NCBI GenBank assembly: GCA_037141805.1 | Contig: JBAXBW010000001.1 | Span: 1-46,334, forward strand | Origin: Chlorobiaceae bacterium | GTDB lineage: Bacteria; Bacteroidota; Chlorobiia; Chlorobiales; Chlorobiaceae | DNA length: 46,334 nt | Direction of reading: 5' to 3' | Part shown: in pieces, positions 19,812 through 32,286 of the stretch | Layout: each line of letters opens with the position of its first letter | Numbering within the stretch: the stretch's first letter is position 1 | Program-made: the position numbers and the translations under genes | Notes under the pieces: model-generated | What the model saw: the letters and a program-made list of their open reading frames with translations, nothing else | What the model was told of the DNA's origin: nothing | Database searches by the model: none

Positions 19812-21104
19812 TTATATAAAGCTCTTTCCGTAAGAGCCATAGAGTTCATGAGCCTGTCGGCATATTTCCTCCCTGAAATCGGGATGGGCTATACTGGCAA
19901 GGGCTTCCGCCCTCTGCCTGAGATTTTTGCCATGCAGATTAACAATACCATACTCGGTAACCACATACTGTACATGCGCCCTGGTGGTGACTACACCAGC
20001 CCCCGGTTTAAGCTGTGGAACAATCCTCGACAAGCCATTTTTCGTGGTTGACGGCAATGCAATAATAGGCTTGCCTCCCTTTGAAAGTGCAGCTCCCCTT
20101 ATAAAATCCATCTGACCGCCAACACCGGAAAAATATTTTTGCCCGATAGAGTCGGCACATACCTGCCCGGACATGTCAATTTCAAGGGCGCTGTTAATCG
20201 CCGTTACCCGTGGATTTTTCCTGATTTCGCGTGTATCATTGACGTAATCAGAGGGGAGCATTTCTACAAGAGGATTATCATCAACAAAATCATAGAGCCG
20301 TCGCGTGCCAACAAGAAAGCTTGCAACGATAATCTCCCGGTGACTACGTTTTTTGCTCCCGTTGATGACCCCTTTTTCCACAAGTTCCACGACTCCATCA
20401 GAAAACATTTCGGAATGAATCCCCAGATCCCTGTGGCCAGAAAGCGCCGCAAGGGTTGCATCCGGAATTGCGCCTATCCCCAACTGGAGTGTGGCACCAT
20501 CCTCAACAATGGAGGCAATATGACGACCTATTCCAATCTCAATATCACTCAAAACGTGAAGGGGGGTTTCAGGCAGGGGATCGTCCACGTCAACCATAGC
20601 GTGAATCTTGCTGGTATGAAGCATCCCTTCTCCATGGGTACGGGGCATACTCGGATTCACCTGGGCAATAACCACCTTCGCAGCATGCACTGCCGCCAGG
20701 GTAGCATCGACCGACACTCCAAGAGAACAGTATCCATGGCGATCAGGAGGAGAGACATGAACCAGCGCCACATCGAGCGGCAGAATTCCGTTAAAAAAAA
20801 GCGATGGAACATCGCTGAGAAAGACAGGAATAGCATCACCATCTCCGCCCTGTACAGACTTGCGAACATTTTTTCCGACAAACAAGGCATTCAATCTGAA
20901 GCTCTCGCGATATTCCGGTCTGGCATAAGGTGCATCTCCCTCCGTGTGCAGACTGACAATTTCAACATTTTTCAACTTGTCAGCCCTTGCAACCATGGCT
21001 TCAATCAGCCGTTGCGGCGTTGCGGCCGCTGTATGCAAAAATACCCTGTCTCCTGACTTGATTTTTGCCACCGCATCTTCTGCGGAAAGCGTCTTATAGT
21101 GCAT
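19812..21104 (-). CDS. Acetyl-CoA hydrolase/transferase (4-hydroxybutyrate CoA-transferase-like)
   Basis: TLQLGIGAIP, LGIHSEM, GQVCADSIG, SGVGGQMDF.RGA, VVTEYG, IAHPDFRE. Confidence 0.92.
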   Translation of the reverse strand: MHYKTLSAEDAVAKIKSGDRVFLHTAAATPQRLIEAMVARADKLKNVEIVSLHTEGDAPYARPEYRESFRLNALFVGKNVRKSVQGGDGDAIPVFLSDVPSLFFNGILPLDVALVHVSPPDRHGYCSLGVSVDATLAAVHAAKVVIAQVNPSMPRTHGEGMLHTSKIHAMVDVDDPLPETPLHVLSDIEIGIGRHIASIVEDGATLQLGIGAIPDATLAALSGHRDLGIHSEMFSDGVVELVEKGVINGSKKRSHREIIVASFLVGTRRLYDFVDDNPLVEMLPSDYVNDTREIRKNPRVTAINSALEIDMSGQVCADSIGQKYFSGVGGQMDFIRGAALSKGGKPIIALPSTTKNGLSRIVPQLKPGAGVVTTRAHVQYVVTEYGIVNLHGKNLRQRAEALASIAHPDFREEICRQAHELYGSYGKSFI

Positions 21105-21113
21105 AAACCCCTT

Positions 21114-22406
21114 TTAAGTGTTGTTGTTTTTCCGGCGAAGGTATGCCGGAGTATCTGATAAACCTTTCTGAATTTTGTCTTCATGCTCGGCTCTCTCTCC
21201 TGACAGAGGCGGACTGTGATCAACATCCTGCCCGGTATTTTTCCTCTGACCAACCTCATGAGGATCATGGATTGACATCTGTCTTCTGATGTAAGCAGGA
21301 ATCCGCAAATCCTCCTCCTGTCGTTCAGGAGCAAGCGAAACTGTCTGGCGAACCGATGCGTGAATCTGTCCGGGCCTCATGCCCGGTACCTGGGCAACGG
21401 GATGGCGAACTGCAGGCACCTTCCCCTCCTCATGATCCTTTCTCTTGAAACCAGTCACAATAACGGTAACCCTGATCTCTCCTGAAACCTGAGGCTCGTC
21501 GACATAACCATTGATAATCTTGGCATCACTGCCGACCTGCTCCTCAATATAGTTCATGGCATCGGACATGTCCCGCATGGTAACCTCGCCGGTAATGTTA
21601 ACCAGCACCCCTTTGGCACCCTTTATCGATACGCCCTCCAGAAGAGGACTGTTGATGGCATCCGATGAGGCCTTCATTGCCCTGCGTTCACCTGCCGCTG
21701 CCGCAGAACCCATAACAGCATCACCCGCTCCGGACATAATGCTGCGCACATCTGCAAAATCGACATTAACATGCCCGTGACGGGTAATTATGTCAGCAAT
21801 GCCTTTGGCCGCCCTGTAGAGGACATCGTTCGCCATATTGAATGCTTCAGTGGCACTGACACCCTCTTCAGCAATACTCAGAATTTTTTCATTTTCGACA
21901 AGAATAAGAGTATCGATATATTTCCTTAGTTCCGCGATACCACCATCAGCAATCTTCGACTTTACCTGGCCCTCAAAGTTAAACGGCCTGGTCACGACAC
22001 CAATAGTCAAAATGCCCATATTTCTGGCAATTGAGGCAATAACCGGTGCGGCGCCCGTACCGGTGCCTTTGCCCATACCTGCCGCAATAAAAACAAGATC
22101 TGCACCTCGAAGCTGAGCCGCAATAATTTCCTTGTCATCCTCGGCCGCCTGACGACCTTTGGCAGGATCTGCCCCGGCACCCAAACCGCTCGTTGCCTTT
22201 TTGCCGATCTGCACCCTGAGAGGTGCCTTCGAGTTCAGAAGCGCCTGACGATCGGTATTAAACACAATATATTCAACACCGCTTATTTTCCGGTCAATCA
22301 TATTGTTAACCGCATTGCCGCCACAACCACCGACACCAACAATCTTTATGGTAACCCCTTTGCCCTGGTCGCTGTCAAACAGGCCTGGGTCCAGCTCAAA
22401 TGCCAT
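21114..22406 (-). CDS. ftsZ: Cell division protein FtsZ
   Basis: [26 protein letters not shown] tubulin loop, NVDFADV, C-terminal PAYLRRK. Confidence 0.98.
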   Translation of the reverse strand: MAFELDPGLFDSDQGKGVTIKIVGVGGCGGNAVNNMIDRKISGVEYIVFNTDRQALLNSKAPLRVQIGKKATSGLGAGADPAKGRQAAEDDKEIIAAQLRGADLVFIAAGMGKGTGTGAAPVIASIARNMGILTIGVVTRPFNFEGQVKSKIADGGIAELRKYIDTLILVENEKILSIAEEGVSATEAFNMANDVLYRAAKGIADIITRHGHVNVDFADVRSIMSGAGDAVMGSAAAAGERRAMKASSDAINSPLLEGVSIKGAKGVLVNITGEVTMRDMSDAMNYIEEQVGSDAKIINGYVDEPQVSGEIRVTVIVTGFKRKDHEEGKVPAVRHPVAQVPGMRPGQIHASVRQTVSLAPERQEEDLRIPAYIRRQMSIHDPHEVGQRKNTGQDVDHSPPLSGERAEHEDKIQKGLSDTPAYLRRKNNNT

Positions 22407-22448
22407 TGCTCATTTCTCCACTTTAAAACACTCTATTTAGCTTGCTCA

Positions 22449-23750
22449 TCACAGATTATCCCAAAATTTCTTCATCCGATCAACAATTTTTTTCCCTGCA
22501 GGACCTTGCTCCTGCACGGCAGGCTCTTCCTGAACACCGTCAGGTGCCTCAGCCGGAAGAACCTCTGCTGCCGAAGCAAAACTGTGATTTACCGAGAGGT
22601 TATTCTGAAATGCATGGGCAACAAGTCCCATCACGGTTGCATACATAGGATTGTTGACAGAACCCTTGATGCCGCCGGATACTCCTTCCGGATATCCGAT
22701 ACGAATATCAAGACCAAGAACATCCCCGGCAAGCTCTTCAGCTCCCGGGAGAAGCGAACCGCCTCCCGTTATGATTGCTCCCGCGTTGAGGTATTCGTAG
22801 TAGCCGGATCGCTTGACCGAGTCCCGCACCAGCTCAAGAATCTCCATCATCCTCGCTTCGATAATCATCGTCAGTGAACTTTTAGGAACCGATTTTTGCG
22901 GCCGGCCCTCAATACCTTCAATAAGCAGCTCCTCATCCTCTCCGCTGAGCTTGCTGTATGCACAACCATGCTTTATTTTCAGATCCTCGGCGACCTCGTA
23001 AAGGGCCTTCACACCATGAGCAATATCATGAGTAACATCATTGGCAGCAACCTTGATGACCTCTGAATAACGGATAGCTCCGTCAATATAGATGGCGACC
23101 TCGGTAGTTCCGCCACCAATGTCTATAACAACTACCCCGCTTTTTTTCTCACGCTCTTTCATGACTGCCATGCCGGAAGCCACAGGCTCAAAGGTAACTG
23201 CACTGATTTCCAGACCCGCCTTCTCGACACACTGCCTGATATTGCGAATCTTGGTTCTCAACCCGACAACAATATAGGCACTGCCTCTCATGGTGGTTCC
23301 CGCCATACCTATCGGGTCGAGGAGACCATCCTGATCATCAACAATGAATTCCTGGGGAATGACATGAATAATTTCATGATCGATATCCAAATAGCGGATA
23401 TTTGTCTTGGCCTTTTCCAGAAACCGCTTCACATCAGACTCATTGACAATCCCCGTCTGATTGATGCTGATTTCCGAATTACTGTGAATACAATGAACAT
23501 GTGCACCCGAAATTCCGACATTGACTCCGTGGATACGGATAGATGACTCACGTTCAGCATCCGCAACAGCCGCCCGGATAGAAGCTACCGTCTTGTTAAT
23601 ATTCACCACTGTTGCCCTTTGAAGACCATCGGAATTGGAACGTCCCTTGCCAAGCACGTTGAGTTTTCCTATTTCATCTTTTTCAGCGACAACAACACAC
23701 ACCTTGGTTGTTCCGATATCAAGACCTACGGCAATATTGCTTTTCAGCAT
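22449..23750 (-). CDS. ftsA: Cell division protein FtsA
   Basis: GLDIGTTKV, DIGGGTT, IIEARM.EI, TGGGSLL. Confidence 0.97.
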   Translation of the reverse strand: MLKSNIAVGLDIGTTKVCVVVAEKDEIGKLNVLGKGRSNSDGLQRATVVNINKTVASIRAAVADAERESSIRIHGVNVGISGAHVHCIHSNSEISINQTGIVNESDVKRFLEKAKTNIRYLDIDHEIIHVIPQEFIVDDQDGLLDPIGMAGTTMRGSAYIVVGLRTKIRNIRQCVEKAGLEISAVTFEPVASGMAVMKEREKKSGVVVIDIGGGTTEVAIYIDGAIRYSEVIKVAANDVTHDIAHGVKALYEVAEDLKIKHGCAYSKLSGEDEELLIEGIEGRPQKSVPKSSLTMIIEARMMEILELVRDSVKRSGYYEYLNAGAIITGGGSLLPGAEELAGDVLGLDIRIGYPEGVSGGIKGSVNNPMYATVMGLVAHAFQNNLSVNHSFASAAEVLPAEAPDGVQEEPAVQEQGPAGKKIVDRMKKFWDNL

Positions 23751-23771
23751 TGTTCTATACTCGCATAATTT

Positions 23772-24638
23772 TCATTGAGAAATACTCTGTGGCACCTTTG
23801 GAGGGACAAGAACTGTGGTAAAAATCCTGTCTCTAAACCTCAAATCCACAGTGTCATAACACCCAAAACCTTTTTTTGAAATGACCTTTTGCCAGAATAT
23901 CTCAAATTTTTTCAACTTTTCCTTGAAGTTACCGTCATTACCAACAATAAAACGGGTAGGAGGCTGGACGGCAGTGTACCACGTCATATTGTTGCCTGAA
24001 AGATGAAGTTCGCAGACAAGGATGCTTGCATACTCAGTCTCTGCCAGAGCCTCAAGAAAGTGCAGAATCAATACAACATCATGCATGTCAAGTTGCTGCA
24101 AGTCATTCCCTGCCGTTTTCAGACGGCTTATTCCGGAAATTTCAAGCAATTTCGGGAACCGCTCTGCAACCACTGGCTTCCATGGAAGTAGAAATCCTTC
24201 ACGATCAATAACCGTCTTTCGTCCATCAATAAAGGTTATGGCAACTGGTTCCCGCTCTGTAACCCTGACGCGGACACTCCCGTTCAGCTCCTTGGTGATT
24301 ACGGCTTCTCTGAGATAGGGAAGAACCATAATCTTCTGTTTCAACTCTTCGGCATCAAGCTCTTGCAGATTTCTGCCTTTAAAAATCATAATTCGCGATA
24401 AAAGCTCCTTGTCTGCAATAATCGAGACTCCATCAATAACAAAATCCCTGACAACGACCTCCTTTTTCCAGCGCGAGGCAACAGAAACTAACCCCGCAAG
24501 AATGGCAAGCACAATCAGAAAAATATATAACGGCACGAACCTGTTGCCCCCCACAGAAAGAGGAACAACATCGCGCGGGACTTCCTCACCATCCGGCAGA
24601 GCGCCAGGATATTCATGATATTCGGAATCAGACATCAC
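23772..24638 (-). CDS. ftsQ: Cell division protein FtsQ/DivIB
   Basis: Single TM, POTRA domain, V.EREPVA, C-terminal VDLRF; lies between murC and ftsA. Confidence 0.88.
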   Translation of the reverse strand: MMSDSEYHEYPGALPDGEEVPRDVVPLSVGGNRFVPLYIFLIVLAILAGLVSVASRWKKEVVVRDFVIDGVSIIADKELLSRIMIFKGRNLQELDAEELKQKIMVLPYLREAVITKELNGSVRVRVTEREPVAITFIDGRKTVIDREGFLLPWKPVVAERFPKLLEISGISRLKTAGNDLQQLDMHDVVLILHFLEALAETEYASILVCELHLSGNNMTWYTAVQPPTRFIVGNDGNFKEKLKKFEIFWQKVISKKGFGCYDTVDLRFRDRIFTTVLVPPKVPQSISQ

Positions 24639-26037
24639 CGTTCAATCCCGACTTCCTGCAGAATTCAGCAACTCTCGAAGCAAGATGGGTAATATCACCG
24701 GCACCCATAAAAAGAAGCATGTTTCCGTTGGCTGAATAGCGCTGAAGTGCGATAAAAAGCGCCTCCCTATCTGCAATAAACTCAACCTGCCTGCCGCCTG
24801 CCTTTCGAACAGCAGCCGCAACCAGTTCCCCATTGACACCCGGATAGTCAACTGCCTTTTCACGAGCAGGATAGACATCGACAACATAAACAACATCGGC
24901 CCGTGAAAGCGCCCATCCATACTCGTCAGCAAATTCCCTGGTTCGGGAAAAGAGATGCGGCTGAAAAACCGCGACTACTCTGGAATCAAGCCATCCACTT
25001 TTAGCGGCCTTGACGGTAGCCTTTACTTCAGAAGGGTGGTGAGCGTAATCGTCCACAACCATAAGCCCTTCACCATTATCGTACTTCACCTGAAACCTTC
25101 TTCTCATGCCACTGTACCGGCCAAGCCCGGCAATCAGCCGATCAGGCATTATCCCCAGCTCAAGACCGGCTGAAAAAGCAGCCAGTGCATTGAGCACATT
25201 GTGGCGTCCCGGCACGTTGATGCAAACATCAGGGTACTCTCGACCATAAGCCTGAATAGAAAAGCTGGTATGATTTTTTTCAAAAACAATGTCCGATGCC
25301 ATAACATTCGCAGACTCCTCAATTCCGAACGTGGTATAAAGACGATTGAGAGAGGGAATAATCTTCCTGATCTCAGGCCAGTCAACACAACAGATTACCC
25401 GTCCGTAAAAAGGCACCTTGTTGGCAAAGGCAATGAATGCCTGTTTCAGCTCATCAAGCGTCCCGTAGGTGTCCATATGCTCAGACTCAAGGCTGTTGAC
25501 GATGGCAATGGTCGGGGTAAGTTTCAAAAAAGCGCGATCATATTCATCTGCCTCAATAACCATGAATTTCCCCTCACCGACAACGGTGCTCCCCTTGAGA
25601 TAGTCCGAAATACCACCTATCATGACTGTCGGCGATTCACCTGATTCGATAAGCATGGTGGCAATCATGGCTGTAGTCGTTGTCTTTCCATGAGTACCGG
25701 AAATACAGATACCATATTTATAGCGCATAAGCTCGCCGAGCATCTCATCACGCTTGATAACAGGAGTGCCTGCCTTCTCAGCCGCTATAATTTCTATGTT
25801 GTCTTCCGGTCTGATGGCCGAGGAGTAGACAACAACATCACATGAAGCCACCTGTTCAGCACGATGTCCGCGATAAATTATTGCCCCATGCTCCGCAAGC
25901 TTGTCGGTCACCTCGCCTGACGAAAGATCAGAACCTGAAACACCGAAGCCCGACTTCAGGAGCAGTTCAGCGATAGCACTCATTCCGGAACCACCAATCC
26001 CGACAATATGAACACTTTTTGTTGTTCCCAGTTCCAT
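24628..26037 (-). CDS. murC: UDP-N-acetylmuramate--L-alanine ligase
   Basis: [45 protein letters not shown]. Confidence 0.97.
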   Translation of the reverse strand: MELGTTKSVHIVGIGGSGMSAIAELLLKSGFGVSGSDLSSGEVTDKLAEHGAIIYRGHRAEQVASCDVVVYSSAIRPEDNIEIIAAEKAGTPVIKRDEMLGELMRYKYGICISGTHGKTTTTAMIATMLIESGESPTVMIGGISDYLKGSTVVGEGKFMVIEADEYDRAFLKLTPTIAIVNSLESEHMDTYGTLDELKQAFIAFANKVPFYGRVICCVDWPEIRKIIPSLNRLYTTFGIEESANVMASDIVFEKNHTSFSIQAYGREYPDVCINVPGRHNVLNALAAFSAGLELGIMPDRLIAGLGRYSGMRRRFQVKYDNGEGLMVVDDYAHHPSEVKATVKAAKSGWLDSRVVAVFQPHLFSRTREFADEYGWALSRADVVYVVDVYPAREKAVDYPGVNGELVAAAVRKAGGRQVEFIADREALFIALQRYSANGNMLLFMGAGDITHLASRVAEFCRKSGLNGDV

Positions 26038-26052
26038 TATAAATCCTCTCCG

Positions 26053-27150
26053 TTATTGTTGTTCTGCAAGACTGATGATTCGCCTGGCAAGTTGACAGGA
26101 TGCGTCAGGATGTGCCAGTTTTCGTGATGCTGCGCCCATATTTTTCAGCCTTTCAGCATCATGCAACAACTCAAGAATGGTGGCTGACGAAACCTCTTCT
26201 CCAAGACGGGCATCGTCAACCACTATGGCAGCCCCATTGTCCACAAGCGCCCGTGCATTATGGCGCTGATGATCGCCTGTGGCATAGGGATAGGGTACGA
26301 GAACGGAAGGCTTTCCAAGATTGGTCAGCTCGGCAAGAGATGAAGCTCCTGCCCGGCAAAGAACAAGATCGGCCGTACTGTATGCCGCACCCATATCTTC
26401 AATGTAAGGCGCGATCCAGAGATAAGGGGAGGGCGACACAAGCCCCTTGAGACGCTCAAAATCAAGCGATCCGGTTTGCCAGACAAGATTTGCTGACGCG
26501 GTAATCTCACCAAGCCGCAGAAGCACCATGTTGTTTATCGAACGCGCTCCCCTGCTCCCGCCAAAAACAAGAAGAGTCGGACGTTCTTCGTAAAAACCAA
26601 AACGGCTCCTTGCAAGAGAAGCCGCCAGCAGATCAAAGGAGCGGGCAGGATTGCCGGAAACAAAGATTTTATGAGTTTTTGGGAGAAACCCGCGAGCTTC
26701 CTCAAAAGAGAGATGCACTTCACTGGCAAGCGCGGCAAGCAGTTTGGTCGTTACTCCGGGAAAAGCATTCTGTTCCTGAATGAGTGTTTTTTTTCCCATG
26801 AGCTGCGCTGACAAAAGAAGAGGCGCGCTGACAAATCCTCCGGTACCGACAACAACATCAGGATCCTCCCGCCGCACAAGAGCAACCGCACGACCCAGAG
26901 CTCCGGCAAAATCAGCAAGCACACCGATATTCGCTATGAGATTGGCCAGAGAACGCCCTCTTTTCAAACCCCTGACCGGAATAAGATGCAGTCGAAAGCC
27001 CAGTCTTGGCACTTCCGTAGCCTCAATACCGCCAGCCGTGCCGGCAAATGAAATTTCGACATCGGGGATCTGCTTTCTGATCTCTCCGGCCATGGCCACA
27101 GCCGGGTATAAATGGCCACCAGTCCCCCCGCCTGCAAAAAGAACTTTCAC
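26053..27150 (-). CDS. murG: Undecaprenyl-PP-MurNAc-pentapeptide GlcNAc transferase
   Basis: [44 protein letters not shown]. Confidence 0.97.
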   Translation of the reverse strand: MKVLFAGGGTGGHLYPAVAMAGEIRKQIPDVEISFAGTAGGIEATEVPRLGFRLHLIPVRGLKRGRSLANLIANIGVLADFAGALGRAVALVRREDPDVVVGTGGFVSAPLLLSAQLMGKKTLIQEQNAFPGVTTKLLAALASEVHLSFEEARGFLPKTHKIFVSGNPARSFDLLAASLARSRFGFYEERPTLLVFGGSRGARSINNMVLLRLGEITASANLVWQTGSLDFERLKGLVSPSPYLWIAPYIEDMGAAYSTADLVLCRAGASSLAELTNLGKPSVLVPYPYATGDHQRHNARALVDNGAAIVVDDARLGEEVSSATILELLHDAERLKNMGAASRKLAHPDASCQLARRIISLAEQQ

Positions 27151-28352
27151 AGGTTTCTCCCTCCTGTTACATCGGAGAGCACACCCCTTTCAAGCACGTG
27201 TTTCTTGTGTCGCGATATACTCATAAGAATACCGACCCCGAGAGAGTTAAACAGGAGAGCTGTCCCTCCATAACTGATAAACGGCAACGCAACACCAGTG
27301 GTTGGCAAGAGATGACAGGCAACCGCAATGTTAACAAAAGCAAAAAGAGTAATCGCCACTGTGATTCCGCTTGCTACATATTTACCAAAATTATCGGGAG
27401 CATGCTTGGCTATGATAAGACCACAGACAAAAAATCCTGCAAACAGCGCAATGACGGCAACCGCCCCGACAAAACCGTATTCCTCTCCGATAATAACAAA
27501 AACAAAATCGTTATAGGAGAGTGGCAGATAGAGCTCCCGTTGCTTGCTGGCTCCGATACCGAGACCAAAGAGTCCGCCGTTGCCAAGGCCGATCAATGCC
27601 TGCACAACCTGATAACTCAACCCTTTTTCATCTCCGCTTGTAAAAGAGAGCAGACGGGCAACACGATATGGTGCCGCAATGGCAAATACCGCCGCAACAG
27701 GTACAAGCAGCGATGCCGTCGCCAGAAGATGGCGAATATTCACGCCACCAATAAACATAAGGGTAAACCCTGTCACGGCTATAAGTGACGCAGTGCTGAA
27801 GTTCGGCTCGAGGGCCACAAGCGCAACGACAATCATCAGAAGGGTAAGCAGAGGATAATAGGAGTTATTAAGATCTTTTATATAGGCCTGTTTTTCACTG
27901 ATGAGCCTCGAAAAGTGAAAGATAATGGCATACTTCGCAAAATCGGATACCTGGAATTTGATTGGCCCATAGCCTATCCAGCGTGCCGCCCCCGAAATAA
28001 GTCCAACCGCTTTCATGGCAAGAAGCAGGGTAAGGAGAACAATACCGGAAAAAAGAATAATCTTGCTGGTCTTCCAGAACACATGATAGTCAACCAATGC
28101 CACCAGAACAATGGTACCTGTTCCAAGTGCTGCAAAGGTAAGCTGACGCCACAGGAAATACTCGGAGTTAGAATACTTCGTTACCGCCCATCCTGCTCCG
28201 CTGCTGTAGACAATTACAATACCTATACATATAAGAAGAGAAACAATAAGCATCAGTAATTTCCCCGCAATAACCTCGCCATGTGAAGGGGGTGAAAGCG
28301 CCTCCTCGATCGGGAGTGCTTCAAAAGAGGGAAGAGAATCGGTATTTATCAT
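27147..28352 (-). CDS. ftsW: Peptidoglycan glycosyltransferase FtsW
   Basis: SEDS multi-TM protein: [35 protein letters not shown]. Confidence 0.95.
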   Translation of the reverse strand: MINTDSLPSFEALPIEEALSPPSHGEVIAGKLLMLIVSLLICIGIVIVYSSGAGWAVTKYSNSEYFLWRQLTFAALGTGTIVLVALVDYHVFWKTSKIILFSGIVLLTLLLAMKAVGLISGAARWIGYGPIKFQVSDFAKYAIIFHFSRLISEKQAYIKDLNNSYYPLLTLLMIVVALVALEPNFSTASLIAVTGFTLMFIGGVNIRHLLATASLLVPVAAVFAIAAPYRVARLLSFTSGDEKGLSYQVVQALIGLGNGGLFGLGIGASKQRELYLPLSYNDFVFVIIGEEYGFVGAVAVIALFAGFFVCGLIIAKHAPDNFGKYVASGITVAITLFAFVNIAVACHLLPTTGVALPFISYGGTALLFNSLGVGILMSISRHKKHVLERGVLSDVTGGRNL

Positions 28353-29743
28353 AACGGTAAGCGATGCACGAATTGTTTAAAACGCCAGCCGCGCTCCTCA
28401 AAATTCTTGAACATGTCAAAACTTGCGCACCCGGGTGAAAAAAGCACCGTCTGCCCGGGCTGGGCGGCCTCACTGGCAAACAAAACGGCCTCTTCGAGTG
28501 ATGCTGCGACTTTAAGAGCAACAATACCATCAAAGAATGAGGCTATTGTTGCCTTTGATTCTCCTATGGCAATGAGCAGAGAGACCTTGTTGAGTACCAG
28601 CTCGGCGATTGATGCATAATCGTTGCCTTTATCCCGTCCACCGGCAATAAGCACTGCTGTACCGGGCACAGCCTCGATTGCCTGACGCATCGCATTAATG
28701 TTCGTTGCTTTTGAATCATTAACCCAGTCCGCCCCGTTGATGGTCAGGACAAATTCCTGACGGTGTTCAACGCCCCTGAACTCCCTGAGTGCTGAACAAA
28801 CAGCATTGTTCTTGATACCCAGCGCCCTCGCCGCAGCCACAGCCGCAAGCACATTTGAAATATTGTGGTGTCCCCGAAAACTGTTTTTCAGAAAATCTGA
28901 TGTTACCAGGATCCGCTCTTCTCCTCCGGTCTGGCGCACAACAATCGCATCCCCGTCAAGCAAAACCTGGCGGCGGGACACGCCTCCCTCCTGTGGCGAC
29001 TCCATGCCGAAAGGAAGAGTTCTAAAAGGAAATAGATCCGCTGCCCCACTAAAGTGAGCCCTGAGCAAAGTGTCGTCGGAATTGTAGACAAGCGTATCAT
29101 CCCCGCTCTGGTTCATAAAAATCCTGTACTTCGCCTCAGCATACCGCTGCATGTCATGTTCATAGCGGTCGAGATGATCCGGCGTAATATTGGTAATAAC
29201 TGCAACATCAGGCCTGAAAGTAAAGCACCGCTCAAGTTGGTAACTGCTCAGCTCAACAACAGCAACATCTCCGGCGTTCATCCCCCGCACCTTCGAAGCA
29301 AACGGCACCCCAATATTGCCGACACTGTATGAGCGATACCCCTGCTGACGACCATCCTCTTCACAAATACGATGAACAAGTGTCGCCGTTGTTGTTTTAC
29401 CATCAGTACCGGTAATACCGACAATGCGAGCCTTGCAGAAACGGCTTGCTATCTCAATTTCGCTGTACATCGGAATCCCCCGCGCCTGCAAGCTTTTAAC
29501 CACCAGTGCAGAAGGGGGAATACCCGGACTGATGACACAAAAATCAGCATCGTAAACGCTTTCGGAATGCCCCTCCTCTTCGAAGAGTATCTGCATCTCC
29601 TGAAGGAACAAAACCTCTTTTTCTCCTATCCTGCCGAGTTCACTGAGCAGTACCTCTGCACCTTCACGTTTGAGCAGCTCTGCGGCGGCAATACCGCTCT
29701 TGCCAGCACCAATGACCGATACCCTTTTGCCCGTTACATCCAT
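28349..29743 (-). CDS. murD: UDP-MurNAc-L-Ala--D-glutamate ligase
   Basis: [53 protein letters not shown]. Start placed at ATG 29743, just after mraY. Confidence 0.96.
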   Translation of the reverse strand: MDVTGKRVSVIGAGKSGIAAAELLKREGAEVLLSELGRIGEKEVLFLQEMQILFEEEGHSESVYDADFCVISPGIPPSALVVKSLQARGIPMYSEIEIASRFCKARIVGITGTDGKTTTATLVHRICEEDGRQQGYRSYSVGNIGVPFASKVRGMNAGDVAVVELSSYQLERCFTFRPDVAVITNITPDHLDRYEHDMQRYAEAKYRIFMNQSGDDTLVYNSDDTLLRAHFSGAADLFPFRTLPFGMESPQEGGVSRRQVLLDGDAIVVRQTGGEERILVTSDFLKNSFRGHHNISNVLAAVAAARALGIKNNAVCSALREFRGVEHRQEFVLTINGADWVNDSKATNINAMRQAIEAVPGTAVLIAGGRDKGNDYASIAELVLNKVSLLIAIGESKATIASFFDGIVALKVAASLEEAVLFASEAAQPGQTVLFSPGCASFDMFKNFEERGWRFKQFVHRLPL

Positions 29744-29748
29744 AGCCG

Positions 29749-30855
29749 TTATCTGAGTTTTAAGGTCATGAGACTGGCCAGAAAAAAGAGAATGGTCAAA
29801 ATCCAGAACCTTATCACGATTTTTTGTTCCGCCCATCCCTTCAACTGAAAATGATGATGAAGAGGTGCCATCAAAAAGATTCTCCGTCCCTGGCCAAACC
29901 TCATTTTCGTGTACTTGAAATAGAGTACCTGCATAGAGACCGAAAGCGCTTCAAGAAAAAATATACCCGCAATCAAGGGCAGAAGCAACTCCTGCTTGAT
30001 CAACAGAGCAATAACGGCGATAGCGCTGCCAAGAGCAAGGGATCCGGTATCACCCATGATAATTTCAGCCGGATTGGAGTTGAACCATAAAAAGCCGACA
30101 CAGGACATGACAATAGCCATGCTGACCACAGCAACCTCGCCTCCTCCAGGAATAAACGGAATATTAAGATAGACGGCATAGACCGCATTTCCGGCAAGGT
30201 AGGAAAACCCTCCCAGACCCATGACCACAATAGCAGAACTTCCAGCCGCAAGGCCGTCAAGCCCGTCAGTCAGGTTAACCGCATTCGATACCGCAGTAAT
30301 AATAAAAATAACAATTGGTATATAAAAATATCCGTAGTCAAGAGTCAGATGTTTGAAAAACGGCACGGTTGTCGTCGAAAGCAGTACCGAAAACGCAGGA
30401 TCAAGCCAGGTGTAGGTGCCTATCACCAGACCAAGAGAGAGTTGACCTATAAGCTTGTAGCGCGCCGATAGCCCACCCCTGATTTTTAACACCACTTTGC
30501 GGTAGTCATCAATAAAGCCGATAACGCCCATCCAAAAAATAGCAAGCATGATCAGCCAGACATGGGGATCATTGAATTTTGACCAGAGTAACACGGAAAG
30601 TTCTATGGAAAAAATAATGAGCAGCCCCCCCATGGTCGGCAGTGCCTTTTTCTTTTTGTGCTCAGGAGGAGCCTCCTCCTTTATTGGTTCAATAAACCGG
30701 GCTTTCAGATATCTGATGAGTCCGGGACCGGTAAAAAGAGTAATCAGCAACGCCGTAATCGCCGCAGCACTAGCCCTGAAGGTAAGATACTCGACAACAC
30801 GGAGTACGGGAAAGTGAAAAATATCGTTGATGTACTTCAACAGATAGTAAAGCAT
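29749..30855 (-). CDS. mraY: Phospho-N-acetylmuramoyl-pentapeptide transferase
   Basis: [39 protein letters not shown]. Confidence 0.97.
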   Translation of the reverse strand: MLYYLLKYINDIFHFPVLRVVEYLTFRASAAAITALLITLFTGPGLIRYLKARFIEPIKEEAPPEHKKKKALPTMGGLLIIFSIELSVLLWSKFNDPHVWLIMLAIFWMGVIGFIDDYRKVVLKIRGGLSARYKLIGQLSLGLVIGTYTWLDPAFSVLLSTTTVPFFKHLTLDYGYFYIPIVIFIITAVSNAVNLTDGLDGLAAGSSAIVVMGLGGFSYLAGNAVYAVYLNIPFIPGGGEVAVVSMAIVMSCVGFLWFNSNPAEIIMGDTGSLALGSAIAVIALLIKQELLLPLIAGIFFLEALSVSMQVLYFKYTKMRFGQGRRIFLMAPLHHHFQLKGWAEQKIVIRFWILTILFFLASLMTLKLR

Positions 30856-30864
30856 ACCGTATTC

Positions 30865-32286
30865 TTACCTGGTTATGGTTCTTGCCGTAATAAAAGAATC
30901 TACAACCTGCTCAAGCTTCATACCTCTGGAACCCTTGAAAAGCACGACATCATCCTCATGAAGCCGAGCAACTAATTGCGCCAAAAGTTGTTCGCGGCTT
31001 TCGAAATGGCCTCGACATGCACCTGGAGCTTCCCGACCGATCAGTCGGGCCTTGTCGCCAAACGTCAGCAAGAGATCAACCGGGCGCTGCTGAATATAGC
31101 GGCCAACAGTTTCATGTTCAACATCTGTCGCAGCACCGAGTTCAAGCATATCGCCCAGAACAGCAACCCTTTTACCTCTACACGGCATATCACAAAGCGC
31201 CTCGATCGCCTGCCGCATGGAGTCTGAATTGGCATTATAGGTGTCGTTAAGAATTCTGAGGCCAAATGAGTCAACGACCTCAAGCCGTTTCCAGCCAGGA
31301 GCCGGGATAAGACGCTCAAGCCCCTCACGAATCTGGTAGAGTGAAAATCCGTAATGGGTGCCAACAGTGGCTGCGGCAACAGCGTTGATGACATTATGTT
31401 TGCCGGTAAAATTCAGAATAATCTTTTCGCTGCCGATAACCGAACATAAAAGAAAAGAGAGACGGCCATCCTGTTCCACAGAAATCTCCCTGGCCCAACA
31501 GGTATTGGCAGGACTTTCCGAGGTGCCGTAACTGAGACTCCCGGCAAGCCCTGCGCCAGCATCCCGGAGGCGCAGATCATCGTTGTTGATGAACGCAATC
31601 CCCCCCTTCCGGTGCACATAGTCGTAAAGCGGAGTCTCAGCAGCGGCAACACCGTCAAGATCAAGAAGAAACTCCAGATGTTCATGACCAATATTGGTCA
31701 GAAGAACGTGAGTTGGTCTGGCAATGCCCGCCAGCAAGGCCATCTCTCCCGGATGATTGATTCCCACCTCGATGACAGCAATGCCTGTATCGCGACGAAG
31801 TTGCAGCAGAGTAAGGGGAACACCGAGATGATTGTTCCTGTTCCCCTTGCTCACTGTAACCTTGAAGCCGGTTCCAAGAACCGATGCCACCATCTCCTTG
31901 GTCGTGGTCTTTCCATTACTGCCACCGATAGCCACAACAGGAAGAGAAAAGGTGTTCCGATACATCGTTGAGAGACGCTGCAAACCGGCAACAGTGTCGG
32001 AAGTGACAAGAAAACCCTTTCCGGGGGGCGGTTGCGGTGCACCTTCTGCATCATACCACTCACGACTCACCATAGCCCAGGATGCGCCGTTGTCAAAGAC
32101 CGTCTGGATATAGCTGTGGCCGTCCGTTCTCTCGCCCTTCAGAGCAATAAAAATACCGGCTTCGGTAATCTCTCTTGAATCTATAACCACTTTCGGTTCT
32201 ACTATCTCCAGTGGCGGGGAGTCACCCAAGGGTGCGACAACCTCTCCGAAACCCTTGAAATCATTGATACTCAGCACACCTTTCAC
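30865..32286 (-). CDS. murF: UDP-MurNAc-tripeptide--D-Ala-D-Ala ligase
   Basis: IDSR, GSNGKTTTKEM, NNHLGVP.TL, NDTYNAN, LGDMLELG, KGSRGM.LE. The GTG start overlaps the murE stop (GTGA). Confidence 0.96.
   Translation of the reverse strand: MKGVLSINDFKGFGEVVAPLGDSPPLEIVEPKVVIDSREITEAGIFIALKGERTDGHSYIQTVFDNGASWAMVSREWYDAEGAPQPPPGKGFLVTSDTVAGLQRLSTMYRNTFSLPVVAIGGSNGKTTTKEMVASVLGTGFKVTVSKGNRNNHLGVPLTLLQLRRDTGIAVIEVGINHPGEMALLAGIARPTHVLLTNIGHEHLEFLLDLDGVAAAETPLYDYVHRKGGIAFINNDDLRLRDAGAGLAGSLSYGTSESPANTCWAREISVEQDGRLSFLLCSVIGSEKIILNFTGKHNVINAVAAATVGTHYGFSLYQIREGLERLIPAPGWKRLEVVDSFGLRILNDTYNANSDSMRQAIEALCDMPCRGKRVAVLGDMLELGAATDVEHETVGRYIQQRPVDLLLTFGDKARLIGREAPGACRGHFESREQLLAQLVARLHEDDVVLFKGSRGMKLEQVVDSFITARTITR

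Noticed and set aside
20139-21056. 305-aa plus-strand ORF
   Set aside because: Fully antisense to the CoA transferase, starts at TTG and has no recognisable motifs; a shadow ORF.
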